DNA of 64,000 bases from Octopus vulgaris (Eukaryota): assembly GCA_951406725.2 (NCBI GenBank), contig OX597814.1:151342001-151406000 (forward strand), read 5' to 3'. This document shows positions 18,370 through 32,997 of this stretch, one piece after another (position 1 is the first letter of the stretch; each line of letters starts with the position of its first letter). The notes below the pieces were generated by a model. The model was given only the letters and a program-made list of their open reading frames with translations, was not told the origin of the DNA and did no database searches. The translations under genes were made by a program, and so were the position numbers.

Positions 18370-19045
18370 GACTTGACTCAGGATTGGTCTTATTCCTGGT
18401 AGAATACATGTGGGTAGCGGGTTACTACCTGTAACCTTAGATATCTACAAGGTTTCTATAATCTTTCAAGTGCTTTAAAGCCCTGTATTATACTGTAAAT
18501 AATCTAGTAAGGCTTTCTCTTTCTATCTGTACACACTCTCCCACAGCAATTAAGTCTCTTCCACCCTGGTCTCACTTTAAGTACAGCTGGTTGATATCAG
18601 CTTTCGGATGATGGGTTCCATATATAGTCAACATCTTTCTAATTTTTCTGTCAAGTTTCTGTACGCCGTTTTGGTCCAGTCTACAATTCTAGCTCCATAT
18701 CTGATGACAGGCACTGCGCTTGAATTTATCGCTTCATTAACATTCTGAATTCAACTTTAACTGTAATATTTTATCACTCTCCTTTTATACCCCCTACTTG
18801 TAATTTGCTTTATCTCTTCCTATTTTGTTTCATCTGCCTCCAATATTCCTAAATACTTATACCAGTGTCTTTTCTCAACTGCATTCATTTTTTGCCCATT
18901 TGGCATTTGTATTCCCTGGCTTCCTTCAAATCTTCCTCGTTTCATTATCAATATAGCACACTTTTCAATCCCGAATTCCATATCTACATCATTTGAGAAA
19001 ATGCAAACAGTGTGTACAAGACTTTCTGGCTGATTCTCAGTTTTT
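18368..19045 (-). mobile_element. R4/Dong-like LINE fragment (late RT joined to the 3' end), abutting (AAT)n
   Basis: FSNDVDMEFGIEKCAILIMKRG...YKYLGILEAD, followed by a short 3' end running into (AAT)n. Confidence 0.8.
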
Positions 19046-22000
19046 GCAGCCCCTATTTGTTCCATGTACTTCTCAAAACTTTTTCCTCACTGTTCCCAGG
19101 CCTCCGACAATTATTGGTACTATTACCACCTTTTTCATCGACCACAACTGCTCAACTTCCCAAGCTAACTTGTTATATCTATCGACTTTTCTTTTATTGC
19201 ATACTTTGTTTCAGCTGGGCATGTTATATCTATGATCCAGCATCGTGTCGTTTATTTCTCAATTAGCACTATGTATGGTTTCTTATTCTCTATCTCATGG
19301 TTGCACCGAATCATAAAATCCCATAATATCATTGCATTATCATTTTCGATGATGCCTTCAGGTTTATGCTCATACCACTTTTTTGCTCTGTTAAGGCCAT
19401 ACTTGTTGCAAAGTGAGCAATGGACAATCCTTGCTATATTGTCATGACGTCTCTTATATTCTTTCCGGACTAGTGGCGTCCATTGACTGGTAATATGCCA
19501 TACGGTTTCACCATTTTGTCCACAAATTATGCACTTATCACTTTCTGGTGTGTTGTCTATTCTGTATTTGATGTAATTTGTTCTTAATGTTTGCTTGTGG
19601 ATAGCACAGATTAGAGCCTCCGTTTCCGGTTTTAAATCCCTTTTAGTCATTCATAGCCATCTTTTTTCTCTGTCTGTCTTATCTTCGACATCCCTATAAA
19701 ATTGTCCATGCATTCTTTTCTTTATCCACCTATTTTCAGTTTCATTCATTCTCAAGTGCTTGTACAGTGCTTTATCTTTGCAATCTTCCATCCTACATAA
19801 GTCTGCCCTTCTAACTTCCAATAATAGCGGTTCTATGGAATTTTTTACATACCATGCTATGTTGTTTTCTTATGCTCCAATGCTGTGTTCGCATCCAATC
19901 AGTCCTCTTCCCCTCTTTTTCTCGGTACATACAGTCAATCTGTGTCACTATTTGGGTGGAGTATCCCATATCTAGTAAGCAACTTTCTTGCCTTTCTGTC
20001 TAAGCTGTTTAATTCGTCTACTGTCCATGCGATGACCCTTGCTCCATATCTAAGGAGTCGAACCGTTCAGGTGTTGATAGCTTCAATCTTATTCCGTCCT
20101 TTTAATTTCGACTTTAAGGATCAGTCTCGGTCTGCGCAAGTAGTCGACCTTAAATTTTTCTGTCATTTCTTCCTCCAATTTATCCATTTCCAATATTTCC
20201 AAGACTCTTCTATCTGCTTCATTATCTCCTCCGACGGTATCACTAGCCCGTCCATACATTTGATTTTGCCTCTCTTCAAGACTAACACACCACACTTTTT
20301 CAGTCCGAACTCCATTCTGATATCAGCACTGAAGATATACACTGTATCAACGAGGGAACTGACTTGGGATTCCTCTTTACCATAAAGTTTGAGGTCATCC
20401 ACGAATAACAAGTGGTAGACTTTTTTTGGCGGCTTTTGAATATATACCTAGCCTTTGCTTTCCTCAAAATTAGTGTTAGTGGTATCATGCACAGTACAAA
20501 GTTCAGTGGGACAAGTAGTCCCCTTGGAAGATACCTCTCCTGATTTCTATTGTCCCTAAACTTCTTCCATATGCTGTCAAGTCCGTCCTTCAATTCGCCA
20601 TACTTTTTCCAAGCAATCGCTCAACATTCGATGCAATACCAAATAGGTTCATACATTCATTAATCTAAGAATGTGGGATCGTATCGTACGCTTTACGATA
20701 ATCGATCCATGACATGGCTAAGTTGCTTTTCCTTCTCTTGCAGTCTCTAAGAGTGGAACCTTGGTACCCCTGCACTTACGCTTGCAACCATTCTGCTCAT
20801 GTAGCAGGACTCCATTATTTTCCAGATGTTCGTACATCGACTCTGCGACTATTCCAGTCAATAATTTCCATATAAGTGGCAAGCAAATATCGGCCTGTAA
20901 TTATCTTCCGGATCGCCCTTTTCGATGTTTTTCAGACACAGCACTGTCCTACCCATTGTCAACCACTCTGGTGTTACTTGGTCGGCATTTAACGGGGTGT
21001 TGCGTTGTGCAGCTATTCGTGCATGACATTCAACAAATCTTTTGAACTCTATCTGGTCCTGGGGGTGCTTTCCAGTTGCCCATGTTTTTGCTGATTTCCT
21101 TCACTTCCCTAACTGAAATGACTAGTTCTGCCTTTTGTGGACAGAGTACTGTTTGTTTCAGTTCCTGCAGCCATTCAGCATCCTTTTTTGTGCTCCTTGT
21201 CTTTGCTCCAGATGTCACTCTAATATCTTTGACTTTTAATGTTATCTGGTTTCAAGTTTTCATTTGTACGCTCTCCATTCATTTCTTTGTAGAATCTCGT
21301 CTGATCTACTCTGAATAACCTATCCTGCCGGCATCCCTTTATTTTTTGGTCATATCTTACCATCTTTGCTGTCTTTGCAACGAGGCGCTGTTTCAGTTCC
21401 TCCATTACCACTTTCTGGCCCTTTCCTTCAGTATCATTCTTCCTGTTCAGTGCCCTGTATAGCTTGCTTGATGAGAGACATATAGATAGTTTGGAAGAAG
21501 ACAATAAAACTATTAGTGACATGACAGATGGGCAAAAGGCAATCTACGACAGAATATAGGTAAGGCTACAGGAGAAGGATAGCGACACTATTTGCAACCG
21601 TAGAAAGGTTGATCGGTGGAAACTAAACCAAGAAACGAAAAATATGAAAGAAATTCTGAAATGCATCAGAACAAAAAACATCACAGAAACAAAAAATTTG
21701 ATCAAGGTAGCAAGTATTGTTGTAGCTTTTAAAGCTCCCCCTTCCCTTTTCGGCCTAACACAGAAATGTCCTTCGAGAGGATATCTAACCCCGCCTGTAT
21801 TCTTCTTTTCCACCATGGATCTTTTCTTTTGCCACTTCCATTGTATTTCTTTTTCTTGACATCAACACCCACATTTTCTGCTACAACAATACTTGCTACC
21901 TTGATCAAATTTTTTGTTTCTGTGATGTTTTTTGTTCTGATGCATTTCAGAATTTCTTTCACATTTTTCGTTTCTTGGTTTAGTTTCCACCGATCAACCT

Positions 22001-22740
22001 TTCTACGGTTGCAAATAGTGTCGCTATCCTTCTCCTGTAGCCTTACCTATATTCTGTCGTAGATTGCCTTTTGCCCATCTGTCATGTCACTAATAGTTTT
22101 ATTGTCTTCTTCCAAACCATCCATATGTCTCTCATCAAGCAAGCTATCAGTGTTCCTTTACTGTGGTTTATTAGAGATTTCAACTTTGTTTTCTGCTATG
22201 AGATTACTTTTATCAGTAGGAACTGTATTTCCATCGTTTCCTCTTCTGCTGTTTTCCAATACCCATCTTTTGATAGCTTCGAGCTCTACTTCGGTGAACC
22301 AACGATTTTTTCTTATTCCTCTAGCTTGACCACTTAATCTCTGATCCGTCAGTTGAAACAATCCTCTTTCTCTCCATTGATCATACATACGTAGTCGGTA
22401 TCCCCTAATATGAACACCATTTTCGTTTACAGGGTTGCTCAGCATTGACTTATTTGTTCTATCTGCACCGTGTGTGCTGGTCCCTTGCTGGATAACGACA
22501 GGCTGGAGTCGGACCAACATCTCTGAGCCTGTCGGGTGCAACACTATCATAATCAAGGGCTTCAGTTTCATTACTACCGTTATTCACAATATCTTGTTTA
22601 TTCATTGTCACTCATATGAGGTAGCGATTATCAGGTTGCGTAATTACCAGTGTTTTTATTGTGACACCATCACTAGATGTATCACCAATCAGGACATAGG
22701 GAGAATCCAACCACTCCCTATTATTATTATCATCACTGAC
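19046..22740 (-). mobile_element. Degenerate R4/Dong-clade LINE: N-terminal region, RT, zinc finger and restriction-like endonuclease (RLE)
   Basis: NWKAPPGPD, LFVDDLKLY, MEFGLKKC, KCIICGQNGETVWHI, RRHDNIARIVH and ILWDFMIRCNHEIENKKP. Many stops and frameshifts. Confidence 0.88.
21459..22147. repeat. Inverted repeat with 268-bp arms (21459-21726 and 21880-22147) inside the LINE
   Basis: The arms are reverse complements with 3 mismatches by eye; 153-bp spacer. Confidence 0.95.
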
Positions 22741-22771
22741 ATTATTATTTTCGTTTTTTTACTATTTGTCA

Positions 22772-22803
<32 letters not shown>

Positions 22804-22997
22804 GAGTGAGAGAGCAGTTCATGCCATCAAAGTGACACTGGGGTAAAATATACGAAGCCCAATATACCCATCATGACTACCCGTCTGATAAGGGTACACC
22901 AGGCACATGCATCACAACCATATGTGCGCGACATGGTGATCTCATATCAAGATAAACAGCACATGACCTTGCAGGTGGGGCCCAGTTAGAAATTTCT
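22804..22997 (-). mobile_element. Retroposon 3' end with an (AAT)n tail; relatives at 23559-23598 (+) and 55372-55560 (-)
   Basis: All copies end CCCCAGTGTCACTTTGATGGCATG...CTCACTC followed by (AAT)n; 5' truncation varies. Confidence 0.75.
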
Positions 22998-23657
22998 TAT
23001 TAATATTATTATTATTGTTATTATTATCATTGTTGTTGTTGTTATTATTATTATTATCATTGTTGTTGTTGTTGTTGTTATTATTGTTATTGTTGTTATC
23101 ATCATCATCGTTGTTGTTGTTATTATTATTGTTATTGTTATTATTATTATTGTTGTTGTTGTTATTATTATTATTATTATTTTATTATTATCATTTCTAT
23201 TTATTATTAAAAAGTATTATTAAATGTTTAGTTTCAACTTTTGTCTTGTACCTGAGATAATCATAATAGGTGAGGGTTGAAGGAAATAGTAAGAGGAAGA
23301 GAAGCAGCTTGGTGAATTGACCAAATTCTACAGGTCTGTAAATACAATCGGCAGATGGTGAGGAGATCAGCAATAGGCATTCCTGTGCGGTAAGGAGACA
23401 AAAGCGGCCTCACACCCTTGGGGTCAGCAGAGGTCAAATGTGTTTATTACTACTAACGATCAATGACAGCGTCGATTTTGGCCTTGAAATGAACTTATTC
23501 ACCTTGTTCTATTTTTAATTACTGATACAAATAATAATAATAATAATAATAATAATAACCCCAGTGTCACTTTGATGGCATGCTCTGCTCGCTCACTCAA
23601 TAATAATAATAATAATAATAATAATAATTATAATAATAATAATTATAATAATAATAA

Positions 23658-23962
23658 TACAAAGACCTGGAAATAGAGGTAACTAGAATGTGGAATCTGA
23701 AAACAGAAACAATTCCTATCATAGTAGGTGCATTAGGCATGATAAAAATATTCAGACAAATACATAACAAAAACACCAGGACTTACAAACACATATAACA
23801 TACAGAAAATTGCACTACTGGGCACTGCACACATCCAACACAAAACACTTTCAATACAGTAACCATCAGAGCATCACAACAAATCACAGCACATACCCAA
23901 GGCACACAGAGCTGCGCTCGGTAGTGAAGTGAAATCACGTTATAAAAATGAAACTACTGAAT
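23658..23962 (+). mobile_element. 5'-truncated R4/Dong-like LINE 3' end inside (AAT)n
   Basis: YKDLEIEVTRMWNLKTETIPIIVGALG...IQKIALLGTAHI (RLE C-terminus), with (AAT)n on both sides. Confidence 0.85.
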
Positions 23963-23963
23963 G

Positions 23964-24031
<68 letters not shown>

Positions 24032-24761
24032 TATCATTATTATCGTGTATTTTATTGTATTGTTTCAATAAAAGGTATGTTTACATACTCGGGTAGTCTG
24101 GGAGAAAAGAAGGATAAAATTTTCACTCAAAATTGTAGATAAATTTTAAAATTTTCTAGAGATATTCGTTAGTCTGTCCGATCGTTTGTGTGTTCGAAAA
24201 CTGTAGATATGTAAGTTTCTTAACTTATTTTGAGGGAAATAAAAAATTCTGACAGGAAATTGTAGATATTCCAGTCTTGAAAGTTATTTTTCCGTTGTCC
24301 TGTTGGGTTATATTAGTGTTGCCGTGTCTTCAGCCGCTGACTGTTCAGAGCAGCGAAGAACACGTCCAGCCGCTGTCAAGACTGGCGCACTATCTCCATG
24401 ATTATTATTGTTGTTGTTGTTGTTGTTGTTATTATTGTTGTTATAATGATGATGATGATGGCAGTTTCTAACTTTGTGTGAGGGGTCTAATCGGTTTAAT
24501 CGATCGCACTAATTGACATACTTTTTTGTTCCAGGGGAGTAAGAGGCGAAGTCGACTCTGGTGTAACTTGATCTCAGAACGTAAGAGACGTACTCAAAAT
24601 TTGTGCTGGCTTTGCCATCTCTCGCTCTAGTTATTGTTGTTGTTTTTTAATATGTGAACAAGGCTCCCAGCATTGCATACTACCTCAACGGCGGCCCATC
24701 TTAGGCACTACTCTCTCTTTTCATCTTTTCTTTATCTCATTTCCAAATAATTCTTCCCCGT

Positions 24762-25160
24762 AGGAGTGGCTGTGTGGTAAGTAGCTTGCTTACCAACCAC
24801 ATGGTTCCGGGTTCATTCCCACTGCGTGGCAACTTGGGTAAGTGTCTTCTACTATAGCCTCGGGCCGACCAAAGCCTTGTGAGTGGATTTGGTAGAGGGA
24901 AACTGAAAGAAGCCCGTCGTATATATGTATATATGTGTGTGCGTGTTTGTGTGTCTGTGTTTGTCCCCCCAACATCGCTTGACAACCGATGCTGTTGTGC
25001 TTACGTCCCCGTCACTTAGCGGTTCGGCAAAAGAGACCGATAGAATAAGTACTAGGCTTACAAAGAATAAGTCCTGGGATCGATTTGCCCGACTAAAAGG
25101 TGGTGCTCCAGCATGGCCACAGTCAAATGACTGAAACAAGTAAAAGAGTAAAAGAGAGTA
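24762..25160 (+). mobile_element. SINE family 1
   Basis: Family 1 sequence with (TAAAAGAG)n tail. Confidence 0.92.
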
Positions 25161-25851
25161 ACTGTAACTTCCTGGAACTCCTTCCACTAGCACATTTTCC
25201 TCTATGGACTACGATCTCCAAATGCCCAAGCTGAACGCCAACCACATGGATCTCTCCAGTGCAGGGTAGTTTGCAAAGCTTTCCAGAGCTGAGAGATTTA
25301 TATGGGTTATTGTTCTTTTAAATGCTAATAAAAAAAGCGTATATAAAACTATCCGTATTTCCCCAAATAGCCAAAATTCACCGAATTACATTTCGGTATC
25401 CTGTTATTTATTATACCTAGCCTATTACAGTGCTAACAACCTCGAAGCACTTTTCTTCATTGTAAGCGACGTCGAAGATTCTTTTCAAGAAAGTATGTAA
25501 TTCGGTTCCGTCTGTCGTGCCAACAAATCCTCATTGAGCTTCCAGTAACTGGATTTTTTATGTTCTTTCGTGTCTAAAAGTTGTCATGAGACATGCTTTC
25601 AGGGTTCTCATTACATGTGATACAATCTCTACGTGATAACAAGGAAAAAAAAAAGGTGGTGAGAGAAAGAAGCCAAATCCATTTTACCGTATTTAAAAAA
25701 GAAAGGATACATTAGATAATGTAGTTCTTGCGAAGGGCATATTAAATTACGTAGGCCGGATGCCTATGGATAGAATGCCTTTGGCCACCGTTCTTCTCAA
25801 CCACATTTGACCTGAGGCTAAACTGCAGCTGTAAAAACAACTGCTACAGCT

Positions 25852-25936
25852 TCTGCTGCTGCTGCTGCTACTACTGCTACTACTACTGCTACTACTACTA
25901 CTGCTGCTGCTGCTGCTACTGCTGCTGCTGCTGCTG

Positions 25937-25994
<58 letters not shown>
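25852..25994. repeat. (CTG)n/(CTA)n microsatellite
   Basis: Direct reading. Confidence 0.95.
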
Positions 25995-26752
25995 AGTCTA
26001 AATACTCTTGCACCAAAGAACTGGGTTTTTTTTAGAGAGAGAAATAGATCCCAAAATATACTGTGCTGAAAAAGAAAACACAATTTTTGTTTATTAAACT
26101 TTTCGATAAAAAAACAGTTGCGATTTTAAAGATAAAATAACCTTTTCGTCATACGATATTATGCAATCAAATCGTTCACCAATGGGAGAACACAGAAAAT
26201 ACCTATAAAGCTACCATATAGAACTCAAAATGTTTTCATGTTGTGTTGTTACACTACAGGACCGGAATATCGAGTGAAATCAGTACAGTTGATGCTCCTG
26301 ATTATTTTGAAGTATTATTGACACACAAACTGTCGGCTTTCAGCGAATCAAGTCGATCATCCGGTTACGAATTTTGTTTTTAATAAGTTAGTCAATATAA
26401 AACGTGGGAATACGCACGTCCTTTGTAGACCCACCCAAACTGTTTGATGTTACTGAATCTCAGTTTGAACATCTGCAGGGAAATATCTGCAGCAAACAAA
26501 CTTGGTCTGAGGTTGAACCAGGAGATATGGACCGAAAGCTTGTTGGTGTTAAACCGGATAACGTGTTACGTCAACCGACCAATTTAGGACTACCATTATC
26601 TTGTAGCCATAGAATTTAAGCGAACTTTCCCTACGGAGCTAATTACCGTTTTAAAACACGTGTTTCGGTGGCATGAGAGTAACCAGGAATTGCACCGATT
26701 AATGAGAGTGGAATGGAGTCTCAATGATAAAAATGATCTCATTGTAAATCGA

Positions 26753-27315
26753 AGAGAGGATAAAACAAGGACAGATAAATGGATTAAGTCGATTACATCG
26801 ACCCCAATGCGTAACTGGTACTTAATTTATCGGTCCCGAAAGGATGAAAAGCAAAGTCGACCTCGGCGGAATTTGAACTCAGAACATAAAGACAGACGAA
26901 ATACCCATTTCTTTACTACCTACAAGAGGCTAAACACAGAGGGGACAAACAAGGACAGACAAACGGATTAAGTCGATTACATCGACCCCAATGCGTAACT
27001 GGTATCTTAATTTATCGACCCCGAAAGGATGAAAAGCGGAGTCGACCTCGGCGGAATTTGAACTCAGAACGTAAAGACAGGCGAAATACCTATTTGTTTA
27101 CTACCCACAAGGGGCTAAACACAGAGAAGACAAACAAAGATAGACAAACGGATTAAGTCGATTATATCGACCCCAGTGCGTAACTGGTACTTATTTAATC
27201 GACCCCGAAAGGATGAAAAGCAAAGTCGGTGGAATTTGAACTCAGAACGTAGCGGCAGACGAAATACCGCTAGGCATTTCGCCCGGCATGCTAACGTTTC
27301 TGCCAGCTCGCCGCC
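26753..27315 (-). mobile_element. SINE family 2 trimer (one head plus three ~180-bp units)
   Basis: Head GGCGGCGAGCTGGCAGAAACGTTAGC at 27315. Internal junctions read AAAT(A/G)|GGTATTTCG. Confidence 0.9.
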
Positions 27316-27406
27316 ATCTGATTTTCAATGATTCGTCTTGACGTAAATCAAGCTTTTACAAGGACGGCAGACGGTGAATATAGTCGATTCGATCAACGAT
27401 AATATA

Positions 27407-27493
<87 letters not shown>

Positions 27494-28091
27494 ATCGATT
27501 GATGCTGCGTACGATATACTCTACAGAAGAGATTTGTATTTAGAACAGTCAGACAGTCATAGTACTTAAACTAAGCGAAGTCTGTGTTCAAGCTCACTAC
27601 CGTTTGTATTAATTTCCCCACTGCCCAACACAATAAAAATAGTAAATACTATTGCGTATTTGCTATAAAAAGTCAATTGTGATACATATTAACTTAATAA
27701 GCTTGATGTTAATATAAATGTATGTGTATAATTTAAGTGCATATGATATATTTATTTGTGTCAGTAAATGTACTTAGTGACACATGTGGCGGTAGCATTC
27801 TCTTCTCACTGACTCAGCGGAAATCGTCTATTATATGAAAGAAGTCTCAACATCCCACGTGTTAACGAACTTGTGATTATATATATATAAATATATATTG
27901 TTCTATCTTGTTTTCAGTCTTTAGATTGCGGTCATGCCTTGAAGTATTTTAGTCGAACGAACCGATCCCAGAACTTGTTATTTTTTTAAAACCTATTCTA
28001 TCGGATCCTTTCGCCGAGACGCTTTCTTACAGGGACGTAAATATATAAACACCGGCTGTCAAGCGGTGGTGGAGGCAAACACAGACACAAA

Positions 28092-28141
<50 letters not shown>

Positions 28142-28285
28142 CACACACACACACACACACTCACATAGCATACACACATAGAGGTATGCAATTATGTGCT
28201 TTAACTACAGCATTAGAGCTTTTTAGCTCTTATTTCCAGCAGTGTAGGTGTTCTAACATCCTAGTCATATTTAGTGACACACACA

Positions 28286-29420
<1,135 letters not shown>

Positions 29421-29511
29421 AGGTTTCAGCAAAAGAAAGGCGACTTGTTTGCGACTGGTAGTAAGGAGAGGCTGGTAGTGAGACGTTTGAACCAGTGTGT
29501 TCTTCCATGAA

Positions 29512-29568
29512 GCAATCTCGAGTATAACCAGCCGAAATTGCAAAGATAATCTGGAACTTGACTGAGGA
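29512..29568 (+). ncRNA. Candidate rearranged hammerhead ribozyme (family X), within repeat 29510-29640
   Basis: GCAAT-C-TCGAGT ... GAAA-TTGC ... ACTTGA-CTGAGGA. Stem III is GCAAU/AUUGC and stem I is UCGAGU/ACUUGA; stem II is not resolved. Confidence 0.55.
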
Positions 29569-29717
29569 AAGAAAACACCGAGTGACCCGTCCTTGTTTTC
29601 TTTGTATCGTCTGTCTGGATCTTTAGCGTTCTTGTCCCATGTATGTATGTATGTATGTATGTATGTATGTATGTATGTATGTATGTATGTATGTATGTAT
29701 GTATGTATGTGTATGTA

Positions 29718-29778
<61 letters not shown>

Positions 29779-29794
29779 GTATACATGCATATAT

Positions 29795-30425
29795 GGGTAC
29801 AGGACGTCACCAACGGTGCGAATAACATGAAATACGTAAACAAAGAGAAAAATGGAAAACAGGACAAGTTAATACAGAGAAAGCCCCTTCATCAGTTGTC
29901 GGCTGTCTATCTACTCCTCATTTCGTGCATTCAACGACAATACGACTCTTCAAAGACAGTTGCTACCATGAATTCTAAAATAAAATTTAGGATTTATGGG
30001 GTGTGGTGGTCAAAGTTAGGAACAAAAAAATGACAGTGGAGACATACAAGGAGATCGAAGGAAAACAAACATAGAGGGTCGTTAGACCAAAACGAGAGGA
30101 AAATAGTGAACGCTGGGAGAAACATTCTTTTTTAAAAAGAGAACAGATAGAAAAGAGGGAGAAGAAAACATGTCCGTTCGTTAAAACGCCCGTGCAGGAA
30201 AAGAAAGATGGTAACGTGAGGAAAAGAAAGGTGGATGATGGTCACGTGTGAGCAACGTGAGAGAGAAAAAGAGAAAGAGGGGAGAGAGAGGCAGATAGAA
30301 AACGGTGAAGGAGGGACGGGGAGGAAAAGGGAATTAGAGAAGGATGGTGGAAGAAAATAGTATAGAGTAGAGAGTGGCATCAAAAAGGTGAAGATAAACT
30401 TACTTGGAAATGGATGTGTCGCGTT
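29795..30425 (-). mobile_element. Penelope-like pseudo-LTR repeat, family Y, abutting (TA)n
   Basis: Non-coding, TA-adjacent and pyrimidine-rich on the minus strand, with a hammerhead-like core and a partial inverted copy at 30478-30618. The PLE assignment is an inference. Confidence 0.5.
29889..29945 (-). ncRNA. Candidate rearranged hammerhead ribozyme (family Y)
   Basis: Minus strand: TCGT-A-TTGTCG ... GAAA-TGA ... CGACAA-CTGATGA. Spacing matches family X. Confidence 0.55.
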
Positions 30426-30475
30426 CAATTAAATAATAAATAATAAATAATATATATATGTGTGTGTGTGTGCGT

Positions 30476-30905
30476 TAGACAACTGATGAAGGGTCTTTCT
30501 CTGTGTTAACTTGTCCTGTCTTCCATTTTTTTCTCGTTGTTTACGTAATTTACTCGTTTTCTCCTCGGTTGTTTACGTATTTCATGTTATTTGCACCGTT
30601 GGTGACGTCCTGTCCCGATATATTTTCAATCACAAACAACAGAGCCATTACTCCTTCGTTAGAAACACAACCTATAGCAGCGGACATTTTGAAAAATATG
30701 GAAAAAAGAAAATTCAAAATACTCCCTTTCTTCAAATTGTGGACAGAAAACGAACGTTTTCGTAAGGTTCAAGCAAGAATGTTTTATTCGAAAATATCAG
30801 CCAAAACTGAACGAAAAATTAATACCACAACCGCTAGAACTATCATCTCAACAATCCACAGAAAGATACTAACCAAACGCTGCCTGAATAAGGAAAAGAA
30901 TATAT
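30476..30905 (+). mobile_element. Inverted partial copy of family Y followed by a possible element ORF remnant
   Basis: 30478-30618 is a diverged reverse complement of 29797-29900. The basic open frame downstream is not identified. Confidence 0.45.
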
Positions 30906-31150
30906 GAATTGAACTGAATTGAACTAGTTTCAGTTCACGAACTGTGACCATGCTAGGGCGTCACCATTTGATTTTACGACATACACAATTTTTACTTCGC
31001 TAAAAATGTTTTCTTAGAACTCGACATTCGATGCATGAGAGAATCTGACACCGTTGCCTTCTCTTGCACTTCTTGCTGTGAAGTTAAATTCATCTGGGAC
31101 CCTTGAGAGTAAGGGATCGAATCCTGTTTTTTGATGTCACTTATATCCAC
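30905..31150 (-). mobile_element. CR1-group LINE extreme 3' end
   Basis: FDPLLSRVPDE..TSQQEVQEKATVSDSLMH, a 3'UTR hairpin and a 5-bp repeat tail. Homologous to 32030-32225. Confidence 0.6.
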
Positions 31151-31200
31151 CTGATATGAGTATGAACTCTTTTTTTTTTTGCGTTATCTTATGTACGCAT

Positions 31201-31617
31201 ACTCTTTACTCTCTTTTACTCTTTACCTTGTTTCAGTCATTTGACTGCGGCCATGCTGGAGCACCACCTTTAATCGAGCAACTCGACCCCGGGACTTATC
31301 CTTTTGTAAGCCCAGTACTTATTCTATCGGTCTCTTTTGCCGAACCGCTAAGTAACAGGGACATAAACACACCAGCATCGGTTGTCAAGCAATGCTAGGG
31401 GGACAAACACAGACACACAAACACACACACGCATATATATATATACATATATACGACGGGCTTCTTTCAGTTTCCGTCTACCAAATCCACTCACAAGGCT
31501 TTGGTCGGGTCGAGGCTATAGTAGAAGACACTTGCCCAAGGTGCCACGCAGTGGGACTGAACCCGGAACCATGTGGTTGGTAAGCAAGCTACTTACCACA
31601 TGGCCTCTCCTGCGCCT
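31201..31617 (-). mobile_element. SINE family 1, full length
   Basis: Family 1 sequence. Confidence 0.93.
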
Positions 31618-32029
31618 ATGCATGTGCATATATGTGTGGAAATATCTATAGGTGTGTGTATATATGTATATATATGTGTGTGCAGGTAAAATATAAGGAT
31701 ATAAGTTTGTATGCGTGTATGTGTGAACACATGCTTGTGTATACATATATGTACGTGTGAGTATATATATGTAAATATGTGTGTATGGGTGTGTGTATAT
31801 ATATGTGCGTAAATATGTGCGTGTACGTGTGGATATTTATGTATTTGTATACACATGTCCCCATGTGCATGTATGTGAGCGCGTGTGTGTGTGTGGGGGG
31901 TGGCTGGGTGTATGTGCGAATGTATGTTTACATATGTGTGTGTACTCAGATGCAGGTGTCTAAGTGTGTGTGTGTGTGGGTGTGAATGTATGTATGCACG
32001 CGTGGGTAGATGTGTGGATGTATGTGTAT

Positions 32030-32225
32030 GATTGATTGATTGATTGATTCTAGTTTCAGCGCATGAGCTGTGGCCATGCTGGGGCACCGCCATTTGGTGT
32101 TGCTACATGGTTTTACTTCACGAAAGCTTTTTAGCAACTGCCATTTGGTGCATGAGAGAGTTCGATGCAGCTGCCCTCATCTGCACCTCCTGCCGTGAAG
32201 TTGGTTCATCTGGGACACCCGACAG
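32030..32225 (-). mobile_element. CR1-group LINE extreme 3' end, sharing its tail with SINE family 1
   Basis: VPDEPTSRQEVQMRAAASNSLMHQ, then GGCGGTGCCCCAGCATGGCCACAGC...GCTGAAACTAG(AATC)n. Confidence 0.7.
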
Positions 32226-32742
32226 TGGATGTATGTATGTGGATGTATGTATGTGTATGTGATTAATAAGGACACACCATATCAACTGTGTGAAAAATTA
32301 ATAAAATGGCCTCAAATCATTTGTCATCATTTGACAACACTTTTGACCACTCCTAGAAATATTCCATTTCTTTATTCCTGATAGAGTAATCTCTTCTCAC
32401 TACCCTTTTCAACTACTTTTTGTCTTCTTACCTTCCACCTTTTTCTGTTTTTTTTCCTTTTTCTTCTTTCTTCTGCTATTCTTCTTCTAGTTTTTTTGTA
32501 TTCTTTTAATATTTTTTATATTAGTTTTAATATTTTTTTTTCTATGTTTTGTTTTCTATTTTTTATTTGTATACTTGTAAGAAAATTTTTTTCGCTATAT
32601 AAAGAACCTTCTAAATCACTGAAATTTCAGTTATATCTATTAGGCAGAGGTACGTAAAGAATACGTTTTCGGCGTAACAAAAACTCTAATAATAACCTTA
32701 ATCCTAACCCTAAACACCGGGTGTATGTATTCTTTACTTTCG

Positions 32743-32848
<106 letters not shown>

Positions 32849-32924
32849 ACATACACAATTTACTAAATAAAACATATGCATACATACATATGTGTACATA
32901 CCTACATCTATATGTATATATACA

Positions 32925-32997
<73 letters not shown>

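Noticed and set aside
32696-32716. Telomere-like CCTAA(C) repeats
   Set aside because: Only about three degenerate units.
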